Positions 43,375 to 53,647 of a stretch of 64,000 nucleotides of DNA are shown piece by piece. The notes under the pieces are model-generated. The model was not told where the DNA came from and made no database searches. It worked only from the letters and a program-made list of their open reading frames with translations. How positions within the stretch are numbered: position 1 is the stretch's first letter; the number at the start of each line of letters is the position of its first letter. The stretch lies in the NCBI GenBank assembly GCA_038206875.1, contig JBBRAK010000005.1:385-64384 (forward strand), given 5' to 3'. The stretch comes from Candidatus Saccharimonadales bacterium. GTDB lineage: Bacteria; Patescibacteriota; Saccharimonadia; Saccharimonadales; JBBQAJ01. The translations under genes were made by a program, and so were the position numbers.

Positions 43375-45156
43375 TCAATCTCGCTTGAGCAAAATCGTAA
43401 AAGCTTCGTTTGGGATGTCCACTTTCCCAAAGCGTTTTAGGCGTTTTTTGCCTTTTGCTTGTTTGGCTAAGACTTTTTTCTTCCTAGATACATCACCTCC
43501 ATACAAACCCGTTGTAACATCTTTTCTATATGCACTTAAATCCGCTCGAGCTATGAATTTGCCACCAATCGCTGCCTGCAAAGCGACTTGGAAGTTCTGC
43601 CTTGGAATTACATCTTTCAGCTTGTCGACAACCTCTCTTCCCAAACTTTGCGACTCAGACCTGTGGACCATTATACTCAAAGAATCCACACGCTCCCCAG
43701 CAACATAGAAATCAAGTTTAACCAAGTCCTCGGGACGATAATTATCCAAATCGTAATTGAATGACCCATAACCACTAGTAACACTCTTTAGCTGATCGTA
43801 AAAATCTGTCAGTAGGTTTGCCAGCGGCGCCTCAAATGCTACCAGCGCTAATTGGGCGTCGACGTAACTTAGGTTTTTTTGCAAACCGCGTTTGTTTGAA
43901 ATCAGCTGGATTACTGCACCAACATACTCTTTGGGCACTACCACTTCACCCTTTATCCATGGTTCACGAATTTCCAGAATTTTACTAACATCTGGCAAAT
44001 CCGTAGCTGACTTTATATCTATTTCTTTACCGCCGACGAGCGTGATTTGATAGTCAGTCGAGGGATTTGTTACGACTAACTCTAGGTCGTATTCGCGCTC
44101 CAGGCGCTCACGAACAATCTCCATGTGAAGTAATCCCAAAAATCCTATTCGCACACCAAAGCCAAGCACAGGGGAGTTTTCTGGAGTAAACTGCAAAGCC
44201 GAATCACTCAAACTTAATTTTTCTATTGCATCCTTGAGAGTTTGATAGTTTTCATTACTGTCCGGGAAAAAACCCGCGTAGACAAATGGTTTAATTTCTT
44301 TGTAGCCTGGCAGAGAAGTACTTGCTGGGTTTTTTGCCAAAGTCACCGTATCTCCAACTTTTGCTTCTCGCGTACTTCGTAAATTCGTTACAACGTAACC
44401 TATTTCGCCTGATTCAAGGGTCTTTGAGGCTTTCATTTCAGGCCTAAGCACACCAACTTCAAGTGCTATTCCTTCTGCACCCGTTGCCATCATGAGTATC
44501 TGTTCATTTTTTGATATTTCGCCATCCACGGTTCGAACATACAAGATTACTCCCCGATAATCGTCATAGTAGCTATCAAATATCAGCGCCCTTGTGGCGG
44601 AACTACCACCACCGGTGGGAGGTGGCACATCAGTTATTACCCGATCAAGAACATTCTCAACTCCTTGACCAGTTTTTGCAGATATGAGCAAAATGTCTTC
44701 TTTTTTACAGCCAAGCAAACTGATAACTTCTGCGCTGACGCGCTCAACATCGGAGGCTGGCAAATCTATTTTGTTTAGCACAGGAATTATCGTCAGTTCT
44801 GCGGCAATTGCAAGATATACATTTGCTAGTGTCTGTGCTTGTATCCCTTGTGATGCATCCACAACCAAAATTGCCCCTTCGCAAGCCTGTAAACTTCGGG
44901 ACACTTCGTAGCTAAAATCCACATGACCGGGAGTGTCAATTAAGTTTAATTCGATGCCTTTATATTCCATTCGTACCGGAGCAAGTTTGATAGTTATGCC
45001 TTTTTCCCGTTCAAGGTCCATTTTGTCTAACATTTGGGCTTTCATATCACGTTTGTTTACCGTACCTGTAATCTCCAACAATCTGTCTGCAAGAGTAGAT
45101 TTACCGTGATCAATATGGGCGATAATGCAAAAATTACGTATGTTTGACTGCTTCAT
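43375..45156 (-). CDS. lepA: Elongation factor 4 (LepA)
   Basis: It has IRNFCIIAHIDHGKSTLADR, DTPGHVDF and NKID motifs, plus the LepA-specific C-terminal domain. Confidence 0.97.
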   Translation of the reverse strand: MKQSNIRNFCIIAHIDHGKSTLADRLLEITGTVNKRDMKAQMLDKMDLEREKGITIKLAPVRMEYKGIELNLIDTPGHVDFSYEVSRSLQACEGAILVVDASQGIQAQTLANVYLAIAAELTIIPVLNKIDLPASDVERVSAEVISLLGCKKEDILLISAKTGQGVENVLDRVITDVPPPTGGGSSATRALIFDSYYDDYRGVILYVRTVDGEISKNEQILMMATGAEGIALEVGVLRPEMKASKTLESGEIGYVVTNLRSTREAKVGDTVTLAKNPASTSLPGYKEIKPFVYAGFFPDSNENYQTLKDAIEKLSLSDSALQFTPENSPVLGFGVRIGFLGLLHMEIVRERLEREYDLELVVTNPSTDYQITLVGGKEIDIKSATDLPDVSKILEIREPWIKGEVVVPKEYVGAVIQLISNKRGLQKNLSYVDAQLALVAFEAPLANLLTDFYDQLKSVTSGYGSFNYDLDNYRPEDLVKLDFYVAGERVDSLSIMVHRSESQSLGREVVDKLKDVIPRQNFQVALQAAIGGKFIARADLSAYRKDVTTGLYGGDVSRKKKVLAKQAKGKKRLKRFGKVDIPNEAFTILLKRD

Positions 45157-45164
45157 GTCGTATT

Positions 45165-45215
45165 AGTGTAACATCTCTGTTAAAATTGACAACATTAAAC
45201 TTTATATGTTATAGT
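45165..45215. promoter_or_regulatory. Back-to-back divergent promoters sharing the -35 region
   Basis: On the + strand, TTGACA (45186-45191)-N18-TATAGT (45210-45215) lies 7 nt before the ATG at 45223. On the - strand, TTGTCA (45187-45192)-N16-TACACT (45165-45170) lies 8 nt before the lepA ATG. Confidence 0.45.
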
Positions 45216-45222
45216 TTTATAC

Positions 45223-45432
45223 ATGCCTTCTTCTGAAAAATTAAACATAGATAGTCTAAAATCTGGTTTGCCAAACGATACAACTCCAAACTTTTTGCCA
45301 AGCACAGAACCAATCGAACTCCCGCAAACTCCAGGCGACGTGTCACGCGCTGAGCGTGATTCAGGTCCAGGCTTGCCCCACTCGATACTGGCACAAATAC
45401 ATGACATACCGCCAACGCCCCTCGACAACTGA
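45223..45432 (+). CDS. Possible 69-aa Pro-rich, probably disordered protein
   Basis: A promoter with leaderless geometry lies directly upstream. The sequence is MPSSEKLNIDSLKSGLPNDTTPNFLPSTEPIELPQTPGDVSRAERDSGPGLPHSILAQIHDIPPTPLDN. No homology was recognised, and overlapping ORFs exist on the other strand. Confidence 0.3.
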   Translation: MPSSEKLNIDSLKSGLPNDTTPNFLPSTEPIELPQTPGDVSRAERDSGPGLPHSILAQIHDIPPTPLDN

Positions 45433-45441
45433 TAACGGTAA

Positions 45442-47028
45442 TTAGAGCTTTATTGGGCGCATAATAAGCCGTTTGGTTTTGTTGACGATGATTTTGGCTT
45501 CTTCAAGTTCGAATAGTGCCGAAACACCAACGTGAACCATGACAGTCACTAAAGTAATACTGCCTAGCTTTGTTCCAAGAGTAACAATACCAGTATCGGT
45601 TATGGTGAGAGGAAGAATACTTATCATAAAAAATGCTGCAATTATGGTAAAACCAGCAACCGACAAAATTTTGGCAATACCGCGCCAAAAAGTTGGGTCA
45701 AGTAATTTTCTGTCTCTTTTTAACATAATAGCTATTAGTATTCCCACTTCAGCACCAGCAACGATCGATTGTGCTGCCGCAAGCCCAACTAGCCCGTATG
45801 CAGATGGCCTAGACAGCAAAAAGGCCAGCGTGATACCAAATGCAATCGACACTAGAGAAACTATCAGAGGGGTTTTTGTATCTTTTTGAGCGTAAAACCA
45901 CCTAGATATCATAGAATAAATTGATCTGAAAAATATTGCCGCAGCGAAATATCCAAAAACAACCGCAATTTCGGGAGCACTGTTGGTAAAAATCAAACGC
46001 GCAAAATAACCTCTAGCAAAATATGAAACAATAGCCACCGGAACAGTAATCCACACAACGACTCTGAGGATCTGTAAAAATTCTTTTCGAAACAAGTCTT
46101 TTCGACCATGCGCTAATAGCTCAGTAAGCTTGGGAAATGCAGCCGTACTGATACTGGTTCCAATCAAAATTATCGGCGTTGTGTGCAGGATATAAGCATT
46201 TTCATAATAACTAATATTACCAACTCCAAGTCTTGCGGCAAAGTTAGTCTCTGCAATACTGTTTATGGAATCTACTCCTTGGTCAATAGACCTTGCTGGT
46301 AACAACCTGAGAACTTTTCGAAAGTCAGAATTTTTCCACAAAATTTTGGGATTCCATTGAAAGTTTGCACCAATTAGTCCAAATGAAATAACAACTAACT
46401 GTAAGACCGCTCCCAACATCGCCCCAATACCCAGTCCAATTATTCCTATGTTGTCACGAAAAATATAGACACTTGCCATGATTGCAACATTGTAAAATAT
46501 TGGACCGGTAGCAAAAAAGAAAAACCTCCCAAATGCTTGCTGAGCTCCCGCCAATATGCCGGATATTGTAAATAATAGCGGGTTAAAAGATATAAACCGC
46601 ATAATTGTTATTGCGTTATGCATCTGGTCAGGGCTAAACGAAGTTGGAACTAGCATTTTGACTAAAGGTTCAGCAAAAATAAACATCAGCACGCCCACAA
46701 TAGCCATAATTACCGCCAGGAGGTTTAGCAAGCTACTTGTTAAATCCCAAACTCCTTTGCGATCACCCTTTGCAAGATGTTCTGATAATATTGGGATAAA
46801 AGCCACGCCTAATGCTCCGGCTGCTAGCGTGTAGAAAAAAAAGTCGGGTATTTTGAACGCCGCAAAATATGCATCTGTGCTTTCTGGTCCCAAGATTGGA
46901 AAGTTGGCGTTGACAATTTTGTAGCGCAAAAACCCCAGAACTTGACCAACCAAAGAGATTACCAACAACAATGTTGCCGCACTACTGACACCAAGCTTGT
47001 TGTTTGCGCGTCTGATAAATCGGTTCAT
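45442..47028 (-). CDS. murJ: Lipid II flippase MurJ (MviN)
   Basis: It has 14 TM segments in a MOP-superfamily profile, with an N-terminus (SAATLLLVISLVGQVLGFLRYKIV, FFAAFKIPDFFF) typical of MurJ. Confidence 0.88.
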   Translation of the reverse strand: MNRFIRRANNKLGVSSAATLLLVISLVGQVLGFLRYKIVNANFPILGPESTDAYFAAFKIPDFFFYTLAAGALGVAFIPILSEHLAKGDRKGVWDLTSSLLNLLAVIMAIVGVLMFIFAEPLVKMLVPTSFSPDQMHNAITIMRFISFNPLLFTISGILAGAQQAFGRFFFFATGPIFYNVAIMASVYIFRDNIGIIGLGIGAMLGAVLQLVVISFGLIGANFQWNPKILWKNSDFRKVLRLLPARSIDQGVDSINSIAETNFAARLGVGNISYYENAYILHTTPIILIGTSISTAAFPKLTELLAHGRKDLFRKEFLQILRVVVWITVPVAIVSYFARGYFARLIFTNSAPEIAVVFGYFAAAIFFRSIYSMISRWFYAQKDTKTPLIVSLVSIAFGITLAFLLSRPSAYGLVGLAAAQSIVAGAEVGILIAIMLKRDRKLLDPTFWRGIAKILSVAGFTIIAAFFMISILPLTITDTGIVTLGTKLGSITLVTVMVHVGVSALFELEEAKIIVNKTKRLIMRPIKL

Positions 47029-47119
47029 TCTATATCAGTATAGAGATTGCCGGTGATTTTTGGAATTTGGAATTTGCTAAAGGCAGAAAATGCATGTGGG
47101 GAGATAAAACCTCAGGATT

Positions 47120-48994
47120 TTAGTAGAGGCTAGCTTCTTTGGGCATTTTAGAACCCTTTAAAATTTCAAGAACTTGGTCAGCTTCTACTGTCTCTTTTTC
47201 TAGCAATTCTTTTTTGAGGTCCTTAAGTTTATCAAGGTTTGCTTTAATTACTATTCTAGCCCTATTTGCCGCTTCGGTTATAAGGGCTTCTACTTCGTCG
47301 TCAATCAATTTGGCAGTTTCGTCGGAATATTGTCGTTCATGCATGACACGCTCCAACATAATTCCTTCCTCAACATGGAACACCTGATCTCTTAGCTTTT
47401 TACCCATACCTTGGTTTACTACCATTTCCCTAGCTAACTCGGCAGCTTTTTGTAGATCATTTCCAGCTCCAGTCGTTACTCGGTCATTACCATATATAAC
47501 TTCTTCTGCTATTCTACCTCCCAACATACGAGAAAGGATGTCTTTGTACTCAATAATACTGTGGTAGCTACGGTCCTCGGGTGGTATAAACCAAGTCACT
47601 CCACCAGTACCACCACGTGGAATAATAGTAACTTTATGTACCATATCGCTATCCGGTAAGACATGGCCAACTATGGCATGGCCAGCTTCGTGATATGCAG
47701 TCATTTCTTTTTCTTTGTCGTTCATGATTTTGTTTTTGCGTTCTGGTCCAATAGCAACTTTTTCGAACGCCGAAGTTACATCGTTTTGATTTATAGTTTT
47801 TCGGTTGTGACGGGCGGCAACAATTGCAGCTTCGTTGGCTATGTTGGCCAAGTCTGCGCCACTGCTACCAGCACTTTTGGCAGCTAGTGCGTCAAGGTCC
47901 ACCTCACTATCAACAGGTTTTTTGGCAAAATGAACTTTAAGTATGGCCTCTCTGTCTTTTCTATCGGGTAAATCAATGTTCACCCGACGGTCAAATCGCC
48001 CTGGTCGTAGCAGTGCGGGATCAAGTACGTCAGAACGGTTAGTGGCGGCTAACACGATAACATTTGTGCCTTGCTCGAAGCCGTCCATTTCAACCAAAAT
48101 CTGATTCAAGGTTTGTTCACGCTCATCATGACCACCGCCCATCCCTGAGCCTCGACGCCGTCCAACGGCGTCAATTTCATCTACAAAAATTATACATGGG
48201 GCGTTTTTCTTGGCCTTGGCAAACAAGTCACGGACTCTTGATGCACCAACCCCAACAAACATTTCAACAAACTCGGAACCAGAAATGCTAAAAAACGGCA
48301 CTCCTGCTTCGCCGGCAACTGCGCGTGCTAGCATGGTTTTACCTGTTCCTGGAGGACCGATTAACATAACACCTTTAGGGATTTTGGCGCCAACAGATTC
48401 AAACTTTTTGGGAAATTTGAGAAATTCTACTATTTCTGCTAAATCTTGTTTGGCTTCAAGTGATCCAGCTATTTCTTTGAACATAATTTTGTCTTTTTCA
48501 TTCCCATACAATCGAGCACGACTTTTTCCAAAACTCATCGCTTGATTTCCCTGACCTTGAGCACTTTTAATCAGCCAAAAAATTCCTCCAAACATAAGCA
48601 GAGGGATAAATAACGAACCGCCAACCTGTAGCCATGTTGATGTAGAGTTGGACTCTTTTTGATTTATAACTTGAACGTCTTTGCTCGTAAGTCCTTGCTC
48701 GTATATGCTTGACCCTGATTCTTTTCTAGAAACTTCCAGTGGTTCTTTGTCATCTTTGTTTTTAAATACAGCAATCTCGTCACCTTTAATCTCTATTTTT
48801 TGAATTTCTCCTGAGTTTGCTTTGTTGATAACTTCGTTAAACGGTACAGGGGTTTTGGCTGGTGTTTGTGAAATACTAGCCCAAACAATAAGTCCAAATA
48901 GCGCAATTAGCGCAAAAAATCCAAGATTTTTTACACCCTGACGACCGGGTTTTTTACCACCACTAGATTTCCTGAAAGGTTTCTTGGGATCCAT
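47120..48994 (-). CDS. ftsH: ATP-dependent zinc metalloprotease FtsH
   Basis: It has two TM helices, AAA+ motifs ([27 protein letters not shown]), the SRH region and the zinc motif HEAGHA. Confidence 0.98.
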   Translation of the reverse strand: MDPKKPFRKSSGGKKPGRQGVKNLGFFALIALFGLIVWASISQTPAKTPVPFNEVINKANSGEIQKIEIKGDEIAVFKNKDDKEPLEVSRKESGSSIYEQGLTSKDVQVINQKESNSTSTWLQVGGSLFIPLLMFGGIFWLIKSAQGQGNQAMSFGKSRARLYGNEKDKIMFKEIAGSLEAKQDLAEIVEFLKFPKKFESVGAKIPKGVMLIGPPGTGKTMLARAVAGEAGVPFFSISGSEFVEMFVGVGASRVRDLFAKAKKNAPCIIFVDEIDAVGRRRGSGMGGGHDEREQTLNQILVEMDGFEQGTNVIVLAATNRSDVLDPALLRPGRFDRRVNIDLPDRKDREAILKVHFAKKPVDSEVDLDALAAKSAGSSGADLANIANEAAIVAARHNRKTINQNDVTSAFEKVAIGPERKNKIMNDKEKEMTAYHEAGHAIVGHVLPDSDMVHKVTIIPRGGTGGVTWFIPPEDRSYHSIIEYKDILSRMLGGRIAEEVIYGNDRVTTGAGNDLQKAAELAREMVVNQGMGKKLRDQVFHVEEGIMLERVMHERQYSDETAKLIDDEVEALITEAANRARIVIKANLDKLKDLKKELLEKETVEADQVLEILKGSKMPKEASLY

Positions 48995-49030
48995 ATATGT
49001 GACTATTATACATAAACTGAAATTTTATTT

Positions 49031-49918
49031 CTAGCGCTCTCTACGTATGAGTGCTAAATTGTCTTTTCCAATTTTGAAAAACATGGAGTCATCAATGTCT
49101 ATTATTCGACCTGGCTTGCCTGTTTTCATTGCTACAATCATTCTTTCTATAGTTTTTTTGGTAATGTTTTTTGCGTCGTGCTTACGCAAAAAAGAGTGAA
49201 TTAGCTCTTTAGCAACTGAGTGTGGTAATCCGACAAACCATTGTCTGTCAATTTCATTTGTTGCTGGCTGTACGTGCAATAATGTATTTAGGTGTCTGTC
49301 AATTTCGTCATTGTTACTTCGTAAATTTTCTAGCAGAATAACAAATTCGGCGCGTTTGCCTGGTAAAAGACGTGGTATCACATTTGCTCTAATATAGTTA
49401 CGCAAATAGATGGTGTTTTTGTTGGTTGCATCTTCTCGCCAGGCAACAGCATGTTTCCCTGCATATTCAATTATTTGATCCTTGCCGTAACCAATCAAAG
49501 GTCGAATAATCCCGTCAGTTGTCTTCAAAGACGTCAGCCCCAACCGACCAGTGCCTCGAACCATATTGATAATCGCCGTTTCCAATACATCATCTTCGTG
49601 ATGAGCTGTAATAATTGCACTAGCACCGCTGGCTTTTTTTACACTTTCTAGGAATTCATATCTAGCTTCTCGTGATTTTGCTTCACTTGCGCTACGACCC
49701 AGTTTTCCTTGCATATGCACAAAAGGTAATTTGTGTTTTTTGGCTATTTGTTGAACTAATTTTCTGTCATCTTGGGAGTCTTTACGAATTCCATGATCGA
49801 AGTGGGCTACTGTCAGCTTAAGGCCTGGTCTTTTTTGCAACAAATCCAAAAGAACCATTGAATCCACTCCGCCACTCACCGCAACAATATATTTACCAGC
49901 ACCCACCGTAATCCTCAT
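49031..49918 (-). CDS. tilS: tRNA(Ile)-lysidine synthase TilS (short form)
   Basis: It has the PP-loop AVSGGVDSMVLLDLL and sits upstream of ftsH, the usual tilS-ftsH neighbourhood. No hpt gene lies between them here. Confidence 0.88.
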   Translation of the reverse strand: MRITVGAGKYIVAVSGGVDSMVLLDLLQKRPGLKLTVAHFDHGIRKDSQDDRKLVQQIAKKHKLPFVHMQGKLGRSASEAKSREARYEFLESVKKASGASAIITAHHEDDVLETAIINMVRGTGRLGLTSLKTTDGIIRPLIGYGKDQIIEYAGKHAVAWREDATNKNTIYLRNYIRANVIPRLLPGKRAEFVILLENLRSNNDEIDRHLNTLLHVQPATNEIDRQWFVGLPHSVAKELIHSFLRKHDAKNITKKTIERMIVAMKTGKPGRIIDIDDSMFFKIGKDNLALIRRER

Positions 49919-49939
49919 GCATTTAGTATACTAGGATAA

Positions 49940-50467
49940 ATGAAGAAACTTTATTTTATTCGACATGGTCAAACTGTTATGAACGTTAGCGGACATTTTG
50001 GAGGCATTATTGAAACTCCCCTCACTCAAAAAGGACAACTTGAGGCGAAAATAGCTGGTCAATCAGCTAAAGATCTTGGGATTGATTTAATTGTTGCTTC
50101 TCCTCTGGGTCGCACTCTGGAAACAGCCCGAATAATCGCAAAGGAAATTGGATACAAACAATCCAATATACTTTCTAGTCCATTATTGATTGAACGCTTT
50201 TTTGGTGAATTGGAAGGAAAACAAAACAAATTTAACAAAACATACGATCAAATTGAGGGAATTGAAAGCGACAACTTTCTAGTTCAGCGTGCTCACTATG
50301 CTCTAGACTGGATAAATAGCTTAGAAGCTGACCATATTCTAGTTGTTAGCCACGGCTCGTTCGGAAGAGCCATGCGAAGTATTTTGAAATCTGATTATCC
50401 TATGAGCCACCCTGATAAAATAAATAATGCCGAAATTCTTTGCTGGGTCGAAGAAAATATCAACTAA
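49940..50467 (+). CDS. Histidine phosphatase (phosphoglycerate mutase-like) family protein
   Basis: It contains the RHGQT motif and later VVSHGSFGRAM. TATACT lies 7 nt upstream of the ATG. Confidence 0.8.
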   Translation: MKKLYFIRHGQTVMNVSGHFGGIIETPLTQKGQLEAKIAGQSAKDLGIDLIVASPLGRTLETARIIAKEIGYKQSNILSSPLLIERFFGELEGKQNKFNKTYDQIEGIESDNFLVQRAHYALDWINSLEADHILVVSHGSFGRAMRSILKSDYPMSHPDKINNAEILCWVEENIN

Positions 50468-50473
50468 TACCCT

Positions 50474-53400
50474 TTAAATTCCGACAAATTCTTGCCATGA
50501 TTTTGGCTCACGTACTGCTCCGTTTGTTTCACCCAAACACTTCAAAAGAAGTCGTCCCGTTTCTGCATTACTAAGCAGTGGTATATGGTTGTCGATGGCA
50601 AGTCGTCTCATAATATAGCCGTCAGTAGTTTGCTCTTCCAAAGACGACGGAACGTTTATCATAAGAGCAATTTTATGATTTGCGATTGCGGTTGAAGCGC
50701 TGGGTTCTTTTTGTTCAGAAAATTTGTTTAGTAAGGAAGATTTTACGCCATACTTATTGAAGAATTTCTGAGTCCCAGTAGTTGTATAAATTTTCCATCC
50801 TTGGCTTGCGATTATCGACACCACGTCGACAAATTTAAACTTCTGATCATCTGGTAAACTCAAAAATAATGACTTGCCATTAATTTTCTGGTCTGTAGCT
50901 AACCACGAGGAATAAAACGCATCCCCGATATCTTCACCTAAACAAACAACTTCTCCGGTTGATGCCATTTCTACGCCAGCTACTGGGTCGGCCCCTTTTA
51001 GTCTGTTATATGAAAATTGTGGGTTTTTTACTCCTACATGATCTAACTCGAAAGTTTGATAAGTTTTATCATTTTTTATACCAAGCATGGCTTCGGTAGC
51101 AATTTCAATAAAATTGTAGTTGCTGACTTTTGAAACGAACGGAAATGATCTAGATGCCCGAACGTTGCATTCAATTACTTTTAGTTCGTTGTCTTTGGCA
51201 ATAAATTGAACATTAAATGGGCCGGTGATTTTTAGATTTTGGATTATTTGTTTAGTAATATTTTTTGCTTGTCTTACGGTTTCCAGATACAACCTCTGAG
51301 CAGGAAAAACAACCGTCGCATCACCGCTATGCACACCTGCGTTTTCGATATGTTCCGATATGGCGTAGATGATTAACTTGCCGTTTTGTGCAACACCATC
51401 TATTTCTAGCTCTTTGGCATTTGTAATGAATTGTGAAATAACTACTGGATGATCCGGTGACAATTGCGTGGCATCACTAAGATATTGTTTTAATTCCTGT
51501 TCGTTATTCACTACGTTCATTGCTCCGCCCGACAATACATATGAAGGTCGGATTAGAACTGGGTAGCCGACTTTTTTGGCAAACTTTTTGGCGCTTGAAA
51601 GTGTAGTCACCTCATCCCAATCAGGCTGGTCAACACCAATCTTTCCTAACATGGAAGAAAATTTTTGTCTGTCTTCGGCTCTGTCTATTTCTTCTGGACT
51701 TGTGCCAAGGATTGGATATTTCAGTTTGTGTAGTGGCAGGGCTAAATTGTTTGCTATCTGACCTCCCACAGAAACAATAATGGATTTTGGATTTTCAAAA
51801 TCTGCAATATCACGAATCCTCTCCTGGGTAAGTTCCTCGAAATATAACCTGTCCGATCTATCGAAATCCGTAGATACTGTTTCGGGATTTGAGTTGACGA
51901 TAATCGTTGGCAGTCGATGTTTGCGCAAGGTTTTTGCTGTGTTTACTGCGCACCAATCAAATTCGACAGATGATCCAATACAGTATGGGCCAGAACCGAG
52001 TACAATAATCGGTTTTTTGAGAGGTTCCACGTCATGACTACTGCCGTGATAGGTTGTATATAAATAATTCGTTGTGGCATCAAATTCACCAGCTAACGTG
52101 TCTATTTGTTTTATGGTTGGCACGATGCCGTAGTTTTGACGTTTTTTTCTAACCGCATTTTCATTTGAACCTACAAGCTTGGCAATCACTTTGTCTGAAA
52201 AACCTTTTTGTTTTATTTCCAACAAAAATTGTTTAGAAAGTTTACTTTTTTCAATCTTTTTTGAAGTTTCTACTATATCCTCCAAATGGTACAAAAACCA
52301 TTTATCTATTTTGGACATGTTATGAATTTTCTCGACACTAATTCCACTACGCAAAGCCTTTTCTATTGCAAAAATTCGTTTATCTGTAGGAGTAGCGATT
52401 AGTTTGAGCGAATTTTTCATGGGGAAAGGATGGTCTGTTAAGCCACTGGCTCCTATATTTAACATCCTGAGTGCTTTTTGTAGTGCTTCAGGAAAGCTTC
52501 TGCCAAGCGCCATGACTTCGCCGACACTTTTCATTTCTGTTCCTATTGAATGTTCGCTGGCTTTTAGTTTACCCAAATCCCAACGGGGGATTTTGACAGC
52601 CACATAGTCCAGAGCAGGTTCAAAAAACGCGGAGGTTGTTCCTGTAACTGAGTTTTTAAGTTCATAGAGTCTGTAACCAAGCATCAATTTACCAGCCACA
52701 AACGCAAGCGGATAGCCAGTCGCTTTAGACGCAAGTGCACTAGACCGACTTAGTCTGGCATTGACTTCAATCACCCTGTAGTCACCATTATTTGGGTTGA
52801 GGGCATATTGTATGTTGCACTCTCCAATAATCCCGAGATGATTGATGGTTTTTATAGCCACTTCTCGAAGTCTGTGATATTCCTCGTTTGTCATGGTTTG
52901 GGAAGGAGCAATCACAATACTCTCTCCAGTGTGAACGCCCATTGGATCAAAATTTTCCATGTTGCAGACGGTTATTGTATTGCCATCTTTGTCCCGCACC
53001 ACTTCATATTCGACTTCTTTCCAGCCGGTTAAGTACTCTTCAATAAGAACCTGGCCGACCACACCTAGAACCTCGTTAACCTTTATGACTAGTTCTTTTT
53101 CATTATCTACTCGTCCTGAACCTAAACCTCCCAAACTATAAGCCGAACGAAGCATTATAGGATAGCCGATCTTTTTGGCTGCTTTTTTGGCGTCTTTTAA
53201 GTTTCTCGCAGCAAAGCTTCTAGCTGTTTTGGTTCCAATTTTTGACAAGGCAATTTTGAACAAATCACGATCTTCAGTGGTTTTTATAACTTCTACAGGA
53301 GTTCCCAAAACTTGAATATTTAGTTTTTTAAATACGCCCATGTCATGCAAAGCCAGTCCTAAATTAAGTGCGGTTTGACCTCCAAAACTAAGGGTTACAG

Positions 53401-53647
53401 CGTCTGGTTTTTCTTTTTCTAAAATTTTGGTCACTGTATCTATGTTTAGAGGTTCGAAATATACTTTGTCAGCCATATCAGAGTCTGTTTGAACAGTTGC
53501 AATGTTCGGGTTAATCAAAACGATGTATATTTTTTCTTCTTTGAGAGCTTTGATTGCTTGCGAGCCAGAATAATCAAACTCCCCTGCTTGGCCAATTCTA
53601 AGCCCGCCAGAACCGAGGATTACAACTTTTTTAATCTGTTTTTTCAA
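50474..53647 (-). CDS. carB: Carbamoyl-phosphate synthase large subunit
   Basis: It has duplicated ATP-grasp halves, an oligomerisation domain and an MGS-like C-terminal domain. The 1057-aa length is canonical. Confidence 0.98.
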   Translation of the reverse strand: MKKQIKKVVILGSGGLRIGQAGEFDYSGSQAIKALKEEKIYIVLINPNIATVQTDSDMADKVYFEPLNIDTVTKILEKEKPDAVTLSFGGQTALNLGLALHDMGVFKKLNIQVLGTPVEVIKTTEDRDLFKIALSKIGTKTARSFAARNLKDAKKAAKKIGYPIMLRSAYSLGGLGSGRVDNEKELVIKVNEVLGVVGQVLIEEYLTGWKEVEYEVVRDKDGNTITVCNMENFDPMGVHTGESIVIAPSQTMTNEEYHRLREVAIKTINHLGIIGECNIQYALNPNNGDYRVIEVNARLSRSSALASKATGYPLAFVAGKLMLGYRLYELKNSVTGTTSAFFEPALDYVAVKIPRWDLGKLKASEHSIGTEMKSVGEVMALGRSFPEALQKALRMLNIGASGLTDHPFPMKNSLKLIATPTDKRIFAIEKALRSGISVEKIHNMSKIDKWFLYHLEDIVETSKKIEKSKLSKQFLLEIKQKGFSDKVIAKLVGSNENAVRKKRQNYGIVPTIKQIDTLAGEFDATTNYLYTTYHGSSHDVEPLKKPIIVLGSGPYCIGSSVEFDWCAVNTAKTLRKHRLPTIIVNSNPETVSTDFDRSDRLYFEELTQERIRDIADFENPKSIIVSVGGQIANNLALPLHKLKYPILGTSPEEIDRAEDRQKFSSMLGKIGVDQPDWDEVTTLSSAKKFAKKVGYPVLIRPSYVLSGGAMNVVNNEQELKQYLSDATQLSPDHPVVISQFITNAKELEIDGVAQNGKLIIYAISEHIENAGVHSGDATVVFPAQRLYLETVRQAKNITKQIIQNLKITGPFNVQFIAKDNELKVIECNVRASRSFPFVSKVSNYNFIEIATEAMLGIKNDKTYQTFELDHVGVKNPQFSYNRLKGADPVAGVEMASTGEVVCLGEDIGDAFYSSWLATDQKINGKSLFLSLPDDQKFKFVDVVSIIASQGWKIYTTTGTQKFFNKYGVKSSLLNKFSEQKEPSASTAIANHKIALMINVPSSLEEQTTDGYIMRRLAIDNHIPLLSNAETGRLLLKCLGETNGAVREPKSWQEFVGI

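Noticed and set aside
45330-45400. Possible SRP (4.5S) RNA because of a TCAGGTCCAGG string
   Set aside because: There is no GGAA/GNRA tetraloop and no conserved symmetric-loop motif (AGCA/GGAA context). The helix cannot be drawn on either strand.
45195-45428. 77-aa and 68-aa minus-strand ORFs in the lepA-murJ gap
   Set aside because: They overlap each other and the + strand ORF. No promoter or SD was found on the minus strand between murJ and lepA other than the lepA promoter itself.
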